Below, in pieces: positions 9,345 through 20,095 of a stretch of 64,000 nt of DNA; positions within the stretch are counted from its first letter, which is position 1, and each line of letters starts with the position of its first letter. The notes beneath the pieces were generated by a model that saw only the letters and a program-made list of their open reading frames with translations, was not told the DNA's origin and did no database searches. Both the position numbers and the translations under genes were made by a program. This DNA comes from Ignavibacteriota bacterium (lineage in GTDB: Bacteria; Bacteroidota; Ignavibacteria; UBA10030), in contig OY969585.1 in the NCBI GenBank assembly GCA_963701295.1, positions 1,024,001 to 1,088,000 on the forward strand, in the 5' to 3' direction.

Positions 9345-10154
9345 TTGGAAAGCATGACAGAAAAGTTACGAAAATTAGAAAATATTATCCGCGAATATGG
9401 ACGTGTCATCGTCGGGTATTCCGGCGGTGTTGATTCCACTCTCGTGGCATTTGTTGCACATCGAGGGCTCGGAATAAATGCGTTGATTGTTCTCGCAAAA
9501 ACAGAAACTATTACAAGGGAAGACGTGGAATTGGCACGACGCATCGCTCATGACCATTCGTTCAACTATCGAGAAATTGCATATAACGAACTTGAAATCG
9601 AACAGTATGCTGCTAATCCGGTAAACCGGTGTTACTTCTGCAAGCAAGAATTATATGCCAAATTGAAGGTAATCGCAAAAAAAGAGAATATTCCATTCAT
9701 TTTAGATGGCGCAAATGTTGATGATCTTGGAGATTATAGACCGGGACGGACAGCAGCAAAAGAATCCAATATTCGATCTCCACTCATTGAAGCATCTTTG
9801 ACGAAACAGGACGTTCGTGAAGCGGCAAAATTCTACAGTTTGCCAAATGCCGACAAACCTGCTGCGCCATGTCTTTCTTCTCGAATTCCATATGGAACAC
9901 ACATAGACCGAAAGTCTTTAGAGCAAATTGCTCTCGCAGAGAAATTTATTCGTGGAAAAGGATTTACCAATGTGCGTGTCCGTCATTATCAGACTACAGC
10001 CAAGATTGAAGTAGACGCTTGGGCGATAAATAAATTGAAACGGATGAATGGTGAAGTCGAATCCTATTTGAAGCAGTTGGGGTACGCAGAAGTTATTATC
10101 GATGAAGAGGGATTCCAAACGGGAAAGTTGAATAAAGGAATAGCGAAAGAATGA
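9345..10154 (+). CDS. larE: ATP-dependent sulfur transferase of nickel-pincer cofactor biosynthesis
   Basis: PP-loop SGGVDS, NRCYFCK, DYRPG, PCLSSRIPYG, RVRHY. Confidence 0.9.
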   Translation: MESMTEKLRKLENIIREYGRVIVGYSGGVDSTLVAFVAHRGLGINALIVLAKTETITREDVELARRIAHDHSFNYREIAYNELEIEQYAANPVNRCYFCKQELYAKLKVIAKKENIPFILDGANVDDLGDYRPGRTAAKESNIRSPLIEASLTKQDVREAAKFYSLPNADKPAAPCLSSRIPYGTHIDRKSLEQIALAEKFIRGKGFTNVRVRHYQTTAKIEVDAWAINKLKRMNGEVESYLKQLGYAEVIIDEEGFQTGKLNKGIAKE

Positions 10155-10825
10155 AATCCAACATGCACGGTGAGCATAATTATTTTAATGAAGATCATGA
10201 GCGGCGACAACGCACATTAATTCCAGAACTGATCTTCTGCGAGAATAAGTCGGTTGAACAAATCATTCTCATTGCAAAAAAGCTCTATGCAAAGCAAAAG
10301 CTCGTCCTTGGCACACGATGTCCGGTGGAATTCTTTTCAAAGTTGAAGAAAGCATTCCCCGGTATTCACATTGTACAAGAATCACATTGTTTCCGTATTG
10401 GCAAACCTTTGAAAGGAATGAGCACGGCAAAAGTAGGCATTGTCTCAGCAGGAACAACAGATATTGCTGTTTGTGAAGAAGCCGCTTTGATGCTGGAAAG
10501 TCTTGGAGTTTCTGTAGAACGTGTCTATGATGTTGGGGTGGCAGGCATCCATCGTCTGTTCGCAAAAGATGATCGACTCAAGCGTTGCAGTGTTTTAATT
10601 GTTGCCGCAGGAATGGAAGGCGCACTTCCCAGCGTTGTTGCCGGATTGTATCCCCAGCCATTGATTGCTATACCGACCAGCATAGGATATGGCACAGCCC
10701 TTTCTGGATTCACGGCTCTCTTTGCCATGCTCACGAGCTGCGCTCCCGGTGTTACCGTTGTAAATATTGACAATGGAGTCGGAGCTGCTGCTGCTGCATT
10801 TAAAATCATTTCTTCGATCAAATGA
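10151..10825 (+). CDS. larB: NaAD carboxylase/hydrolase (PurE-like)
   Basis: SAGTTD, DVGVAGIHRL, AGMEGALPSVVAG, PTSIGYG, VVNIDNG. Confidence 0.92.
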   Translation: MKSNMHGEHNYFNEDHERRQRTLIPELIFCENKSVEQIILIAKKLYAKQKLVLGTRCPVEFFSKLKKAFPGIHIVQESHCFRIGKPLKGMSTAKVGIVSAGTTDIAVCEEAALMLESLGVSVERVYDVGVAGIHRLFAKDDRLKRCSVLIVAAGMEGALPSVVAGLYPQPLIAIPTSIGYGTALSGFTALFAMLTSCAPGVTVVNIDNGVGAAAAAFKIISSIK

Positions 10826-10986
10826 TCTCTTTTCTTCTGTTTCTTCACTCTTGTTAACCCGTTGTTCTATACTTTTCCCCCTTGCTTGACACTGTTATGA
10901 CTTCTCTCCATATTTGAAATACATATAATTATTTTTTCCTCATGTATCAAAAGCATTCTGTATTTACTCATACAAGGAGATCTACT

Positions 10987-13668
10987 ATGAAATATCTCAC
11001 TGCATTCGGGATTATTTTCCTTCTCTCAACAATCTCTCTCGTTGCACAGCTTCCTCCGTTGATCGACCGCGAGATCTTTTTTGGTGATCCGGAGATCTCG
11101 GGTGCACAAATTTCACCTGATGGGAAATTCATCACCTTTATCAAGCCTTTCCAGGATGTACGCAACATTTGGATTAAAGAGCGATCCGAGTCATTTGAGA
11201 AAGCCCGGCCATTAACAGCAGATACCGCTCGTCCGATTCCAGGATATTTTTGGTCGAGGGATTCAAAGTATGTACTCTATGTACAAGACAAGGGCGGCGA
11301 CGAGAATTATCGTGTGTACGCGATTGATCCAACTGTGCCGGGTACGCCAGTTCCCCCGGCACGCAATTTAACACCGCAAGAAAAAGTGCGCGCGATGATT
11401 ATTGATGTACCAAAAACCACACCAAACGAAATTGTGGTTGGATTGAACGATCGAAATCCACAATTACACGATGTCTATCGTATCAATCTTACAACTGGCG
11501 AACGGACGCTTGTTCGTAAGAATGAAGAGAATATCGCCGGATGGCTCACAGATTTGAATGGCGAGCTTCGTCTTGCTGTCCGTCAAACAAATGACGGCGG
11601 CACTGAAATATTGAAGATCGATAGCGTTTCGCTCACCTCCATCTATACCGTAACGGCAGAGGAGTCTGCTGATCCTGTCCGCTTTACGGCAGATGGCAAC
11701 AGCTTCTATTTGGAAACCAACAAGGGAGACAAGTTGGATAAAACGCAACTTGAGTTGTTCAATTTGAAGACAGGAACAACGAAGCTCATAGAAAGAGATC
11801 CGATAAATGAAGTTGATTTCGGAACAGCGATTTTTTCCGATATCACCAACGAAATTCTTACGACGATTTACATTGGCGATAAGATGCGGATTTATCCTAA
11901 AGAGGAGAAATTCAAACGCGATTTCGAACAACTCAGGAAACAAATACCGGAGGGAAACATAGGTCTCATGAGCACTACGAGTGATGAACAAGTTTGGCTT
12001 GTGAGTGTGAGCAACGATGTTGACCCCGGTTCGGTATACGTGTTTGATCGACAGACAGGAACCGTGCAGATGTTATACAAATCACGGCCTAATTTGCCTA
12101 CTGAAAATCTTGCGCCGATGAAAGCAATTCGATATACGGCACGTGACGGCAAATCGATTCCTGCATACCTCGTGTTACCAAAGGGCATACCGTCTAAGAA
12201 TTTACCGACAATTATTTTTCCCCATGGTGGACCATGGGCCCGTGATAATTGGGGATATAACGGCACTGCACAATTTCTTGCCAATCGCGGGTATGCAGGA
12301 CCGTTGCCAAATTTCCGAGGCTCAACAGGGTACGGAAAAGAATTCCTCAATGCAGGCAACAAGCAATGGGGTCTCGGTTCGATGCAGCACGACCTTACCG
12401 ATGGCGTGCAATATCTTATAAAACAGAAAATTGCAGATCCTAAACGCGTCGGTATTGCTGGTGGATCATACGGAGGTTACGCAACGCTCGCGGGACTTAC
12501 TTTTACACCCGATTTGTACGCAGCGGGATTTGATATTGTCGGACCCTCTAATATTATCACCTTATTAAACTCCATTCCCCCGTACTGGGCGCCGATGAAG
12601 AAAATATTTGCTGTTCGTGTTGGTGACATGGAAAAACCGGAAGAAAAAGAAATGCTGGAAAAACAATCTCCATTAAATTCAGCGAAAAACATTAAATCCC
12701 CATTATTTGTTGTGCAAGGCGCTAATGATCCGCGCGTGAAAAAAGCGGAGGCTGATCAAATAGTTATTGCCCTCCGCGATCTTGGCAGGCATGTAGAATA
12801 TATCGTAGCACCGGACGAAGGGCACGGTTTTGCCGGAAAAGAAAACCGCATTGCAATGTACACAGCTATGGAGCAATTCTTCTCTAAATATCTCGGAGGA
12901 CGCGTACAAAAAGATGTGCGTGATGCCATTGAGAAAAAGATAGAAATGATTACTGTTGATATAAAGACAGTAACGGTGAAAAAACATGACACAGAAACCA
13001 CCAATGAAACGATGCCCGCCTTTAGCGGTTCACTGTTAAAACCTGATACGCTGCGGTATGTTATAAAATTGGACATCCGCGGCCAGCAGATGACAGTGAA
13101 TGCAACACGGACAATCGTCAGAGCGCTATTCGCAGGTACCTCTGTCTGGCGGTTTGTAGAAGAGACATCCGGTGCAATGGGTTCAGGTATTGACACGCTC
13201 GATGTAGATGGATCAACATTGTTACCGATACGCCGTGTGGCGGTACAAGGTCCGGGAAAAATCTCTGTCGTATACTCAGGCAATTCTATTGAGGGTAAAA
13301 TAAGCATGGGTCCCCAGGAAATGCCGATCAAAACACAAACCAAAAACATTGATCTCCCAGATGGAACAGGCACTGAAATTTCCATAACAACATTACCACT
13401 TGGAGAAGGATTTAAAGCGACAGTCTATCAGTTTGATCTGATGATGCAAAAGGAAAAAGCATTCCTTTTAGCCGTGACAGGGCCAGAAAGCGTTACGGCT
13501 CCAGCCGGGACATTCAATACATTCAAAGTCGTACTTACACCGAAAGATGGCGAAACTGGCGGTTCAACATTGTGGATTGATCAAAACAGCCGGCGAATTG
13601 TAAAGAGCGAGTCAAAACTTCCAGCGCAAGCTGGCGGTGGATTAATTGTAACGGAACTTGTAAAATAA
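10987..13668 (+). CDS. S9 family dipeptidyl/acylaminoacyl peptidase with extra C-terminal domain
   Basis: Signal peptide, HGGPW, GGSYGGY, GANDPRV, DEGHGF; ~230 aa beta-rich C-terminal extension. Confidence 0.92.
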   Translation: MKYLTAFGIIFLLSTISLVAQLPPLIDREIFFGDPEISGAQISPDGKFITFIKPFQDVRNIWIKERSESFEKARPLTADTARPIPGYFWSRDSKYVLYVQDKGGDENYRVYAIDPTVPGTPVPPARNLTPQEKVRAMIIDVPKTTPNEIVVGLNDRNPQLHDVYRINLTTGERTLVRKNEENIAGWLTDLNGELRLAVRQTNDGGTEILKIDSVSLTSIYTVTAEESADPVRFTADGNSFYLETNKGDKLDKTQLELFNLKTGTTKLIERDPINEVDFGTAIFSDITNEILTTIYIGDKMRIYPKEEKFKRDFEQLRKQIPEGNIGLMSTTSDEQVWLVSVSNDVDPGSVYVFDRQTGTVQMLYKSRPNLPTENLAPMKAIRYTARDGKSIPAYLVLPKGIPSKNLPTIIFPHGGPWARDNWGYNGTAQFLANRGYAGPLPNFRGSTGYGKEFLNAGNKQWGLGSMQHDLTDGVQYLIKQKIADPKRVGIAGGSYGGYATLAGLTFTPDLYAAGFDIVGPSNIITLLNSIPPYWAPMKKIFAVRVGDMEKPEEKEMLEKQSPLNSAKNIKSPLFVVQGANDPRVKKAEADQIVIALRDLGRHVEYIVAPDEGHGFAGKENRIAMYTAMEQFFSKYLGGRVQKDVRDAIEKKIEMITVDIKTVTVKKHDTETTNETMPAFSGSLLKPDTLRYVIKLDIRGQQMTVNATRTIVRALFAGTSVWRFVEETSGAMGSGIDTLDVDGSTLLPIRRVAVQGPGKISVVYSGNSIEGKISMGPQEMPIKTQTKNIDLPDGTGTEISITTLPLGEGFKATVYQFDLMMQKEKAFLLAVTGPESVTAPAGTFNTFKVVLTPKDGETGGSTLWIDQNSRRIVKSESKLPAQAGGGLIVTELVK

Positions 13669-13684
13669 AAGAAAAAGATCCATT

Positions 13685-13720
13685 GTCCGGCATTCTTCTT
13701 TCGTTCCGGGATGCCGGACT
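13685..13720 (+). terminator. Hairpin after the peptidase gene, possible terminator
   Basis: gtccggcat...atgccggac inverted repeat. Confidence 0.45.
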
Positions 13721-13833
13721 TCCGGCATTTGATATTCCTCGCTGTGTTGCGAGTGGAACAACTATCTCTTATTTTAGCTCAGACAAAAAAAGTGTTGTAT
13801 GAACCAATATATTTGATCTGAAAGGGAAACTCA

Positions 13834-14343
13834 ATGCCAACAACAAAAGACAATCTGAAGGAAGCGTTTGCCGGTGAAAGTCAGGCATTCCAAAAATACA
13901 CTGCATTTGCGGAAAAAGCAGAACGAGAAGGATTAAAGAACATTGCTCGTCTGTTCAGGACAACAGCGCAAGCAGAACGCATTCATGCAAGCGGGCATCT
14001 GCAGGCTCTCGACGGTGTCGGCTCCACGGCAGAGAATCTGAAAGCTGCAGTCGGTGGTGAGACGTACGAATTTACCGAAATGTATCCACCGATGCTCAAA
14101 CAGGCAGAAGCAGATAATCACAAAGCAAAACGAATGTTCAAATATGCCGTGGATGCAGAACAAGTACATGCCAAGCTGTACAAACTGGCGCTGGAAGCAG
14201 CGCAGCAAGGGAAAGATTTATCCGTTACTGAATTTTATCTCTGTCCGGTCTGCGGATATATCGAATTTGGTAAAGCACCCGAAGAGTGCCCCATTTGCGG
14301 TGCAAAGGGATCAAAATTTATGCAGGTGGCATCAGCTCTATAG
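13834..14343 (+). CDS. rbr: Rubrerythrin
   Basis: AFAGESQA, ERIH, GETYE, EQVH, CPVCG..CPICG. Confidence 0.95.
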   Translation: MPTTKDNLKEAFAGESQAFQKYTAFAEKAEREGLKNIARLFRTTAQAERIHASGHLQALDGVGSTAENLKAAVGGETYEFTEMYPPMLKQAEADNHKAKRMFKYAVDAEQVHAKLYKLALEAAQQGKDLSVTEFYLCPVCGYIEFGKAPEECPICGAKGSKFMQVASAL

Positions 14344-14442
14344 TTCGCAGCTGTAATTCTTGGCAGAACGCCGGATGTTGTCGATCAAGTAACTTTTTAA
14401 TCGATTTCATGAACATCTTCAATGAATTTGGAGATCTTTTTT

Positions 14443-15762
14443 ATGGATGCTCTTTTCCTCGCACGCTTGCAGTTTGCACTCACCATTGGATTTCATTTTC
14501 TTTTTCCTCCGATTTCCATAGGGCTTGCCTGGTTGTTAGTCATTATAGAAGGGATTGGTTGGAGAAAGGGTGATGAAGTGTATGTTCGCATGGGTAAGTT
14601 TTTTGGAAAGTTTCTCGCATTAACATTTGCATTCGGCGTGGCGACTGGCATTGTGATGGAGTTTCAATTCGGAACGAACTGGGCAGCATACTCAAAATTT
14701 GTCGGTGATATTTTCGGTGCACCACTCGCCGCTGAAGGCATCTTTGCATTCTTCCTCGAATCCGGTTTTCTCGGACTGTACCTATTTGGCAGGAACAAAG
14801 TCTCCAAAGCCGTTCATTGGTTTTCCATATTGATGGTTGCAGTCGGTGCAACAATCTCAGCGTTTTGGATTATTGTTGCAAATTCGTGGCAACAAACTCC
14901 CGCCGGATATATTCTTAGAAATGGCAGGGCGGAACTCACCGACTTTTATAATGCTGTCTTTAATCCATCGACGGTGATCCGTTATCTTCACACAGTGGAT
15001 GCAGCGTTGATTGCAGGGGCGTTCTTCGTAGCTGGGATTGCCGCTTATCTCATTCTCAAAAAGAAAGAAGTCGAACTTGCAAAACAGGCAATGAAAATTG
15101 CAGTCATTTTCGGGCTCATCACATCGTTGCTTGAGTTGATGCCGTTTGGTCATGAGCACGCAAGACAAGTTGCCCGCACGCAACCGGAAAAATTTGCTGC
15201 CATCGAAGGACTTTATACAACACAATCCGGAGCGCCGCTTGTTTTCTTTGCTATCCCGGTTGTCAAACCGCCAGAGTTAAAAGCAAAAATAGAATTATCG
15301 GGACTTCTCAGCTGGATGACCTTCGGCGATGTCAATGCGCAGATCAAAGGCATCAATGAATTTCCGACAGAGAACATTCCGCCACTCTGGCTCACATTTG
15401 TTTCTTTCCATAATATGGTGGTGTTGGGATTATACTTCATCGGTGTGACTCTGTACGCATACATCCAGCTGCGCAGAAAAAAATTGTTCGAAACTACATG
15501 GCTCCTGAGACTCTTTATCTGGTCCATTCCGCTGCCGCTTGCTGCTTGCCAGCTTGGATGGATCGCCGCTGAAGTTGGTCGTCAACCGTGGATTGTCTAC
15601 GGTTTGCTCAGGACATCTGAGGCGCATTCTGTGTCTGTCACAGCTGAAGAAATCCTGTTCTCGATCATTCTCTTCGGTCTTGTCTATTTGTTGCTCGGTA
15701 CTTTGTACATTTATATCTTAGTGCGGGAGGTGAGCCATGGGCCGCAATCAGCAAAGGCATAG
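14443..15762 (+). CDS. cydA: Cytochrome bd oxidase subunit I
   Basis: LARLQFA..FHFLF, EFQFGTNW, QPEKFAAIEG, EVGRQPW. Confidence 0.97.
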   Translation: MDALFLARLQFALTIGFHFLFPPISIGLAWLLVIIEGIGWRKGDEVYVRMGKFFGKFLALTFAFGVATGIVMEFQFGTNWAAYSKFVGDIFGAPLAAEGIFAFFLESGFLGLYLFGRNKVSKAVHWFSILMVAVGATISAFWIIVANSWQQTPAGYILRNGRAELTDFYNAVFNPSTVIRYLHTVDAALIAGAFFVAGIAAYLILKKKEVELAKQAMKIAVIFGLITSLLELMPFGHEHARQVARTQPEKFAAIEGLYTTQSGAPLVFFAIPVVKPPELKAKIELSGLLSWMTFGDVNAQIKGINEFPTENIPPLWLTFVSFHNMVVLGLYFIGVTLYAYIQLRRKKLFETTWLLRLFIWSIPLPLAACQLGWIAAEVGRQPWIVYGLLRTSEAHSVSVTAEEILFSIILFGLVYLLLGTLYIYILVREVSHGPQSAKA

Positions 15763-15774
15763 GAGATAAGAAAT

Positions 15775-16791
15775 ATGGATCTGAATTCGATTTGGTTTTG
15801 GCTTATAGCTGTATTAATTGTCGGTTATGCAATTCTTGATGGTTTTGATTTTGGTGTCGGTATTCTATCGCTTTTCGGACGCGATGAGAAGGAGCGACGT
15901 ATTCATTTCAATGCCATTGGTCCGGTATGGGATGGAAATGAAGTCTGGCTGATCACCGGCGGCGGAGCATTATTTGCAGCATTTCCGATTGTGTATGCCA
16001 CGGTGTTTAGCGGATTTTATCTTGCTCTGATGTTGCTGCTCATATCACTTATCTTTAGAGCTGTATCGTTTGAATTCCGCAATAAAGTGGAATCACTTGT
16101 ATGGCGGCGGGCTTGGGATTTCGCATTTGGCTTCGGAAGTCTTCTGCCGGCAGTTCTCTTCGGTATCGCAGTGGGGAATATTCTCCGGGGTGTTCCAATA
16201 GATGCAAGCGGCAATTATCTTGGTACATTTCTCGGTCTGCTGAATCCTTATTCCATCGGCGTTGGTCTGCTGAGCCTTGTCCTTTTTACGACGCATGGTT
16301 CAATCTATCTTGCAACAAAATCAGACGGTAAGTTGCGCGATCGCTGCCAACAATGGGCGTCGTATCTTTGGATGGATTATGTGATACTCTATGTCATCAT
16401 AACGGTGTGGACTTGGCTTGCATCGCCATTCTTGTTTGAGAAATCAATGAGCAGTACATTCTTCTATATTTTTATTATTGTCCTTTTAGGCGCTATCGTC
16501 TACCTGCCGGTTCTCTTGAAAGCCGGGAAATTCAACCGCGCATTCTTTGCGTCATCACTGGCAATAGCAATGATGCTCGGTCAAATGGCTCTGAGTCTGT
16601 ACCCCCGGCTTGTTCCATCCTCTATCGATCTTCACTACAGTCTCACAATCTACAATGCTTCTTCGAGTCAGTTAACATTACAAACGATGCTTGTGATTGC
16701 ACTCATCGGCATTCCGATTGTGATCGTGTATTCCATTTTTATCCATTATGTATTTCGCGGAAAAGTGGAAATTACAGAAGAAAGTTATTAA
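15775..16791 (+). CDS. cydB: Cytochrome bd oxidase subunit II
   Basis: LDGFDFGVG, GPVWDGNEVWL, FAAFP. Confidence 0.97.
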   Translation: MDLNSIWFWLIAVLIVGYAILDGFDFGVGILSLFGRDEKERRIHFNAIGPVWDGNEVWLITGGGALFAAFPIVYATVFSGFYLALMLLLISLIFRAVSFEFRNKVESLVWRRAWDFAFGFGSLLPAVLFGIAVGNILRGVPIDASGNYLGTFLGLLNPYSIGVGLLSLVLFTTHGSIYLATKSDGKLRDRCQQWASYLWMDYVILYVIITVWTWLASPFLFEKSMSSTFFYIFIIVLLGAIVYLPVLLKAGKFNRAFFASSLAIAMMLGQMALSLYPRLVPSSIDLHYSLTIYNASSSQLTLQTMLVIALIGIPIVIVYSIFIHYVFRGKVEITEESY

Positions 16792-16801
16792 TTTGCAGAC
16801 G

Positions 16802-17230
16802 ATGGCAATAGAGAAAACCCTTGTCAGGGAAATGACGATCGGTGATTATGAACAGATGATCGCTCTTTGGAAAAATACTCCGGGGGTCGGATTGAGTGAT
16901 GCGGATTCAAAAAGAAATATCAACCAGTTTCTCGAACGAAATCCAGGATTGAGTTTTGTATGTGAGATTGATAAACGGATTATTGGTACAGTTCTTTGTG
17001 GTCACGACGGCCGTCGGGGATATATATATCATTTGGCAGTTGATGATGCGTTCAGGAAACAGGGAGTCGGCAAGGAACTTATGGTGCGTTCCCTTGAAAA
17101 ACTCAGCCACAAACGTATTGCGAAATGCCATCTATTTCTTTACAACGATAACGAAAACGCCATACAATTTTATGATAAGACCGGCTGGATAAAGCGATCC
17201 AACCTTCTGATCTATTCAAAAAACCTTTGA
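16802..17230 (+). CDS. GNAT acetyltransferase (YpeA-like)
   Basis: GHDGRRGYIYHLAV..RKQGVG, N..AIQFY..TGW. Confidence 0.9.
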   Translation: MAIEKTLVREMTIGDYEQMIALWKNTPGVGLSDADSKRNINQFLERNPGLSFVCEIDKRIIGTVLCGHDGRRGYIYHLAVDDAFRKQGVGKELMVRSLEKLSHKRIAKCHLFLYNDNENAIQFYDKTGWIKRSNLLIYSKNL

Positions 17231-17352
17231 GAAATAGCTATATATTTTGCTATAATTTTTCAAACAGAATCTGCATTGTAATATGTTCTTCCCTGTAGCC
17301 ATCACTCTCTCTTTATTCAAGCAGTAACTTTAAACTTTTTAATTTTCCACTA

Positions 17353-17856
17353 CTACGATTTATTTTTATCTGGTATATAACCGTAAAGTTTTTCAGCACA
17401 CTCAGGACAAATCCCATGTGTTAATGTAGGGGCGCCAGAGTCTACGAGATATTTCTCAATGGGCAGCCATTGACCGTTTTCCGTTCGGTATTTTTTGCAA
17501 TTTGCGCACAGTGGAAGCATCTTTTCCAATTCTTGAATCTGTTTCTCTTGAACCTTCTTGTACTTTATGACCTTCATGAAACCATAGATTAACAAAGTGA
17601 AACTTATGGTGTCAAAGATGTTGCCCAAAGTTGCAAGGATGAGTTCTAATGAACCAAGAGGCATGTGAAAATATTCAGACAGTCGAATGCTTGGGTGCTC
17701 AACCAGCATATCGAATATGTGGCTAATAATAAGAAAAATAATTACCGGAAGAAATGGTCTCAGAGAATAGAAATGTAATCTTTCTCTCCAAATCAAGTAA
17801 AATGCGCCCGTCAAAAGAATGACGGAAATGAAATCTATTATGAATATTGTGTACAT
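17353..17856 (-). CDS. Membrane protein with C-terminal CxxC..HGICPEC domain (cassette gene)
   Basis: 3 TMs then LPLCANCKK..THGICPECA. Confidence 0.75.
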   Translation of the reverse strand: MYTIFIIDFISVILLTGAFYLIWRERLHFYSLRPFLPVIIFLIISHIFDMLVEHPSIRLSEYFHMPLGSLELILATLGNIFDTISFTLLIYGFMKVIKYKKVQEKQIQELEKMLPLCANCKKYRTENGQWLPIEKYLVDSGAPTLTHGICPECAEKLYGYIPDKNKS

Positions 17857-18005
17857 AACTCTCGTTCCTATTTTGTTTTCTGAAGTTACCTAACGTACGA
17901 GCGAAAACGTTAAGTGATCATAATTTATCAAATCTTCACTCCAAAAACGAACATCATGATGTGACACGTGAGGCGCTGTTTGCTTTCGGTATTATTTCTT
18001 CTTGA

Positions 18006-18629
18006 TCATGTACTCGTCGCACTTGATACAATTTCCGGGAACCCAACAAAGCGCCCCAAGACACGTACGATAGAAAGCAAAGATAGTCCAATGGAAATCA
18101 ATACGAACGACCATGTCATGAAGCTACCGATAATTTTCTCTATGTGGTAAAGGTCGCCTCTATCGCCGGAGAGAAATGCGATAGTTTCGCACACGAAGTC
18201 AAAAGCGGGCCTGAGACAGAGAAGCATGAAAACGAAACCAACTACAAAAGGATTCTTGGAAAACTCTCGACGTAAAACAAATATGCCTGCGACAATACAT
18301 GCTACATCCAGTATGTATGGAGAGCTTGTCAGGACTAGTTGTTGCCAACTTTGTGTAATTTCGGCCGGCGTAATCCATGCGCGTCCGAATTCGCCGAGCC
18401 AGAATCTTGGAATGAGCTTATAGTAGATAACTTTGCCCCCCACCAAATGCGTTCCAGCAATATGACTCAACTCGTGTAACGGCGAGTAGGTCAGATACCA
18501 CAGAAGAGGTATACTCATGAGACAAGAGATGGTAGTATATAACGGCCAGTTTCCCTTGAGGTACAAAAAAAGGAGAGGCGTGACAACCACCAGCAAGATC
18601 TCGAATGTAATCAGCAATTGGTTGTTCAT
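18006..18629 (-). CDS. Membrane protein with HExxH (M50-like zinc metalloprotease)
   Basis: LHELSHIAG, SSPY, GDL in a multi-TM protein. Confidence 0.65.
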   Translation of the reverse strand: MNNQLLITFEILLVVVTPLLFLYLKGNWPLYTTISCLMSIPLLWYLTYSPLHELSHIAGTHLVGGKVIYYKLIPRFWLGEFGRAWITPAEITQSWQQLVLTSSPYILDVACIVAGIFVLRREFSKNPFVVGFVFMLLCLRPAFDFVCETIAFLSGDRGDLYHIEKIIGSFMTWSFVLISIGLSLLSIVRVLGRFVGFPEIVSSATST

Positions 18630-18733
18630 GTGTTAGCTTTCAGGCAAAAGTGAACCGAATAGGTATGAAGTCGTTCTATATCTTGCAGCCTATGCTCATG
18701 CATGCACACTGAGGCAAATGGCGTCACAGCGTG

Positions 18734-19405
18734 TTATGCAATGTTGTTTTGTTTAATCTTCTTTAAATAATTTTCAATAATAGAAAATGTCTTTTCCAAA
18801 AGAAAAATATCACTATGCAATGCATTTTCAATACTTACTATAGTGTCATAACTTTCTGATAGCTTTTCACAATATTGTTTTATTTCGGGAATATCTCTTG
18901 AACCGTATATGATTAAATCATGATGAGTAAAACCAGAATCAATCAATGGAAGATTTTTTAATATATCAAACAAAACTTTTGGGCTGTCTTCGAAAACTCT
19001 ATAATGTCTCATATTATGAATAAGTGTTTTTGTTTGTTCAGAGAAAGATTGACTTAACGCTGGCGAAAGACCAATTCTGAAATTTGCTTTTGTTAGTAAT
19101 GCTAATCGTCCACCTAAAGAGTGGCCAATAACAATTAACGGTTTATGAAGCGTATTTACTAAAGAGTCAATGTCTTCCTCAATCTTTGGTGAAAATGGAA
19201 GAGTATTTTCACCATGTCCACGCAAGTCAATAGTGAAAGTATTATAGCCAAGATTTGAAATTCTCCAGCTTAGTCCTAATTGTTCTTCTTTATTTCCACC
19301 AAAACCATGAATAACAAGTACATTTGGGAAGTCGTCGGATAATGTTATTTTAATTGCTGGAATATCAACTCCTAAACCCTTCATAAGAAGAGTTTCAATT
19401 TTCAT
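18734..19405 (-). CDS. Alpha/beta hydrolase
   Basis: HGFGG, DLRGHG, GHSLGG; stop TAA lies within the GCATAAC core. Confidence 0.88.
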   Translation of the reverse strand: MKIETLLMKGLGVDIPAIKITLSDDFPNVLVIHGFGGNKEEQLGLSWRISNLGYNTFTIDLRGHGENTLPFSPKIEEDIDSLVNTLHKPLIVIGHSLGGRLALLTKANFRIGLSPALSQSFSEQTKTLIHNMRHYRVFEDSPKVLFDILKNLPLIDSGFTHHDLIIYGSRDIPEIKQYCEKLSESYDTIVSIENALHSDIFLLEKTFSIIENYLKKIKQNNIA

Positions 19406-19579
19406 ATTTCCTCCAAACAATGCCGCCTAACGTTCCGCATAGCCGCGTATCATTGATATCCCACAAAGCAGGAAATCTAGAGCGATGCAGAGATCATCCT
19501 GTAAATATTTTGCGAATCGAGATATCATAGGTCATACGAACAGTATAATCGGCAAGGTTGTCTATAATCCAAAGATTAT

Positions 19580-20005
19580 CTAATTAAAAATTGAAATAAT
19601 AATTCCTGCTATGATAACAAACATTGCATACAGAGACCCTTTCCAAGGTGTATCTGATTTTGTCTTCTTATGTAAATAGTAATTGTTAGCAAAAAGTCCC
19701 ATGCAAAAAATCAGAGCTATAACAGGAATTAAATATTTGTAGGATGTATTTGGATTAAAATGATTAACAAGTGGGCATACGAGTAATAAGACGGATAGAA
19801 TGAGAAAGCCCATGCCGGCCAGTCTTAGCAGCGATAAGATTACAAGTTTAAGAGGATTTTCAATTTCATCCCATAGTGTACCGGCAGCTTTTTCATGGAA
19901 AGGTAAGAATTTAGTAGAAAACAAACTTTTGAATGCCATAACCAAAGAGATCACGCCTACGAATAGATAGAGCACAACAGGTATTATTTTAAATATTTCT
20001 TTCAT
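19580..20005 (-). CDS. Hypothetical 4-TM membrane protein
   Basis: Hydrophobic 141-aa ORF with RBS. Confidence 0.75.
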   Translation of the reverse strand: MKEIFKIIPVVLYLFVGVISLVMAFKSLFSTKFLPFHEKAAGTLWDEIENPLKLVILSLLRLAGMGFLILSVLLLVCPLVNHFNPNTSYKYLIPVIALIFCMGLFANNYYLHKKTKSDTPWKGSLYAMFVIIAGIIISIFN

Positions 20006-20095
20006 TTATAATCACCTTGTAAATAACATGAAAATGATATCCCAGCCAGAGGCCCTTAACAAACACAAGCGTTAGCTTATGTTTGTATTGTTTTA

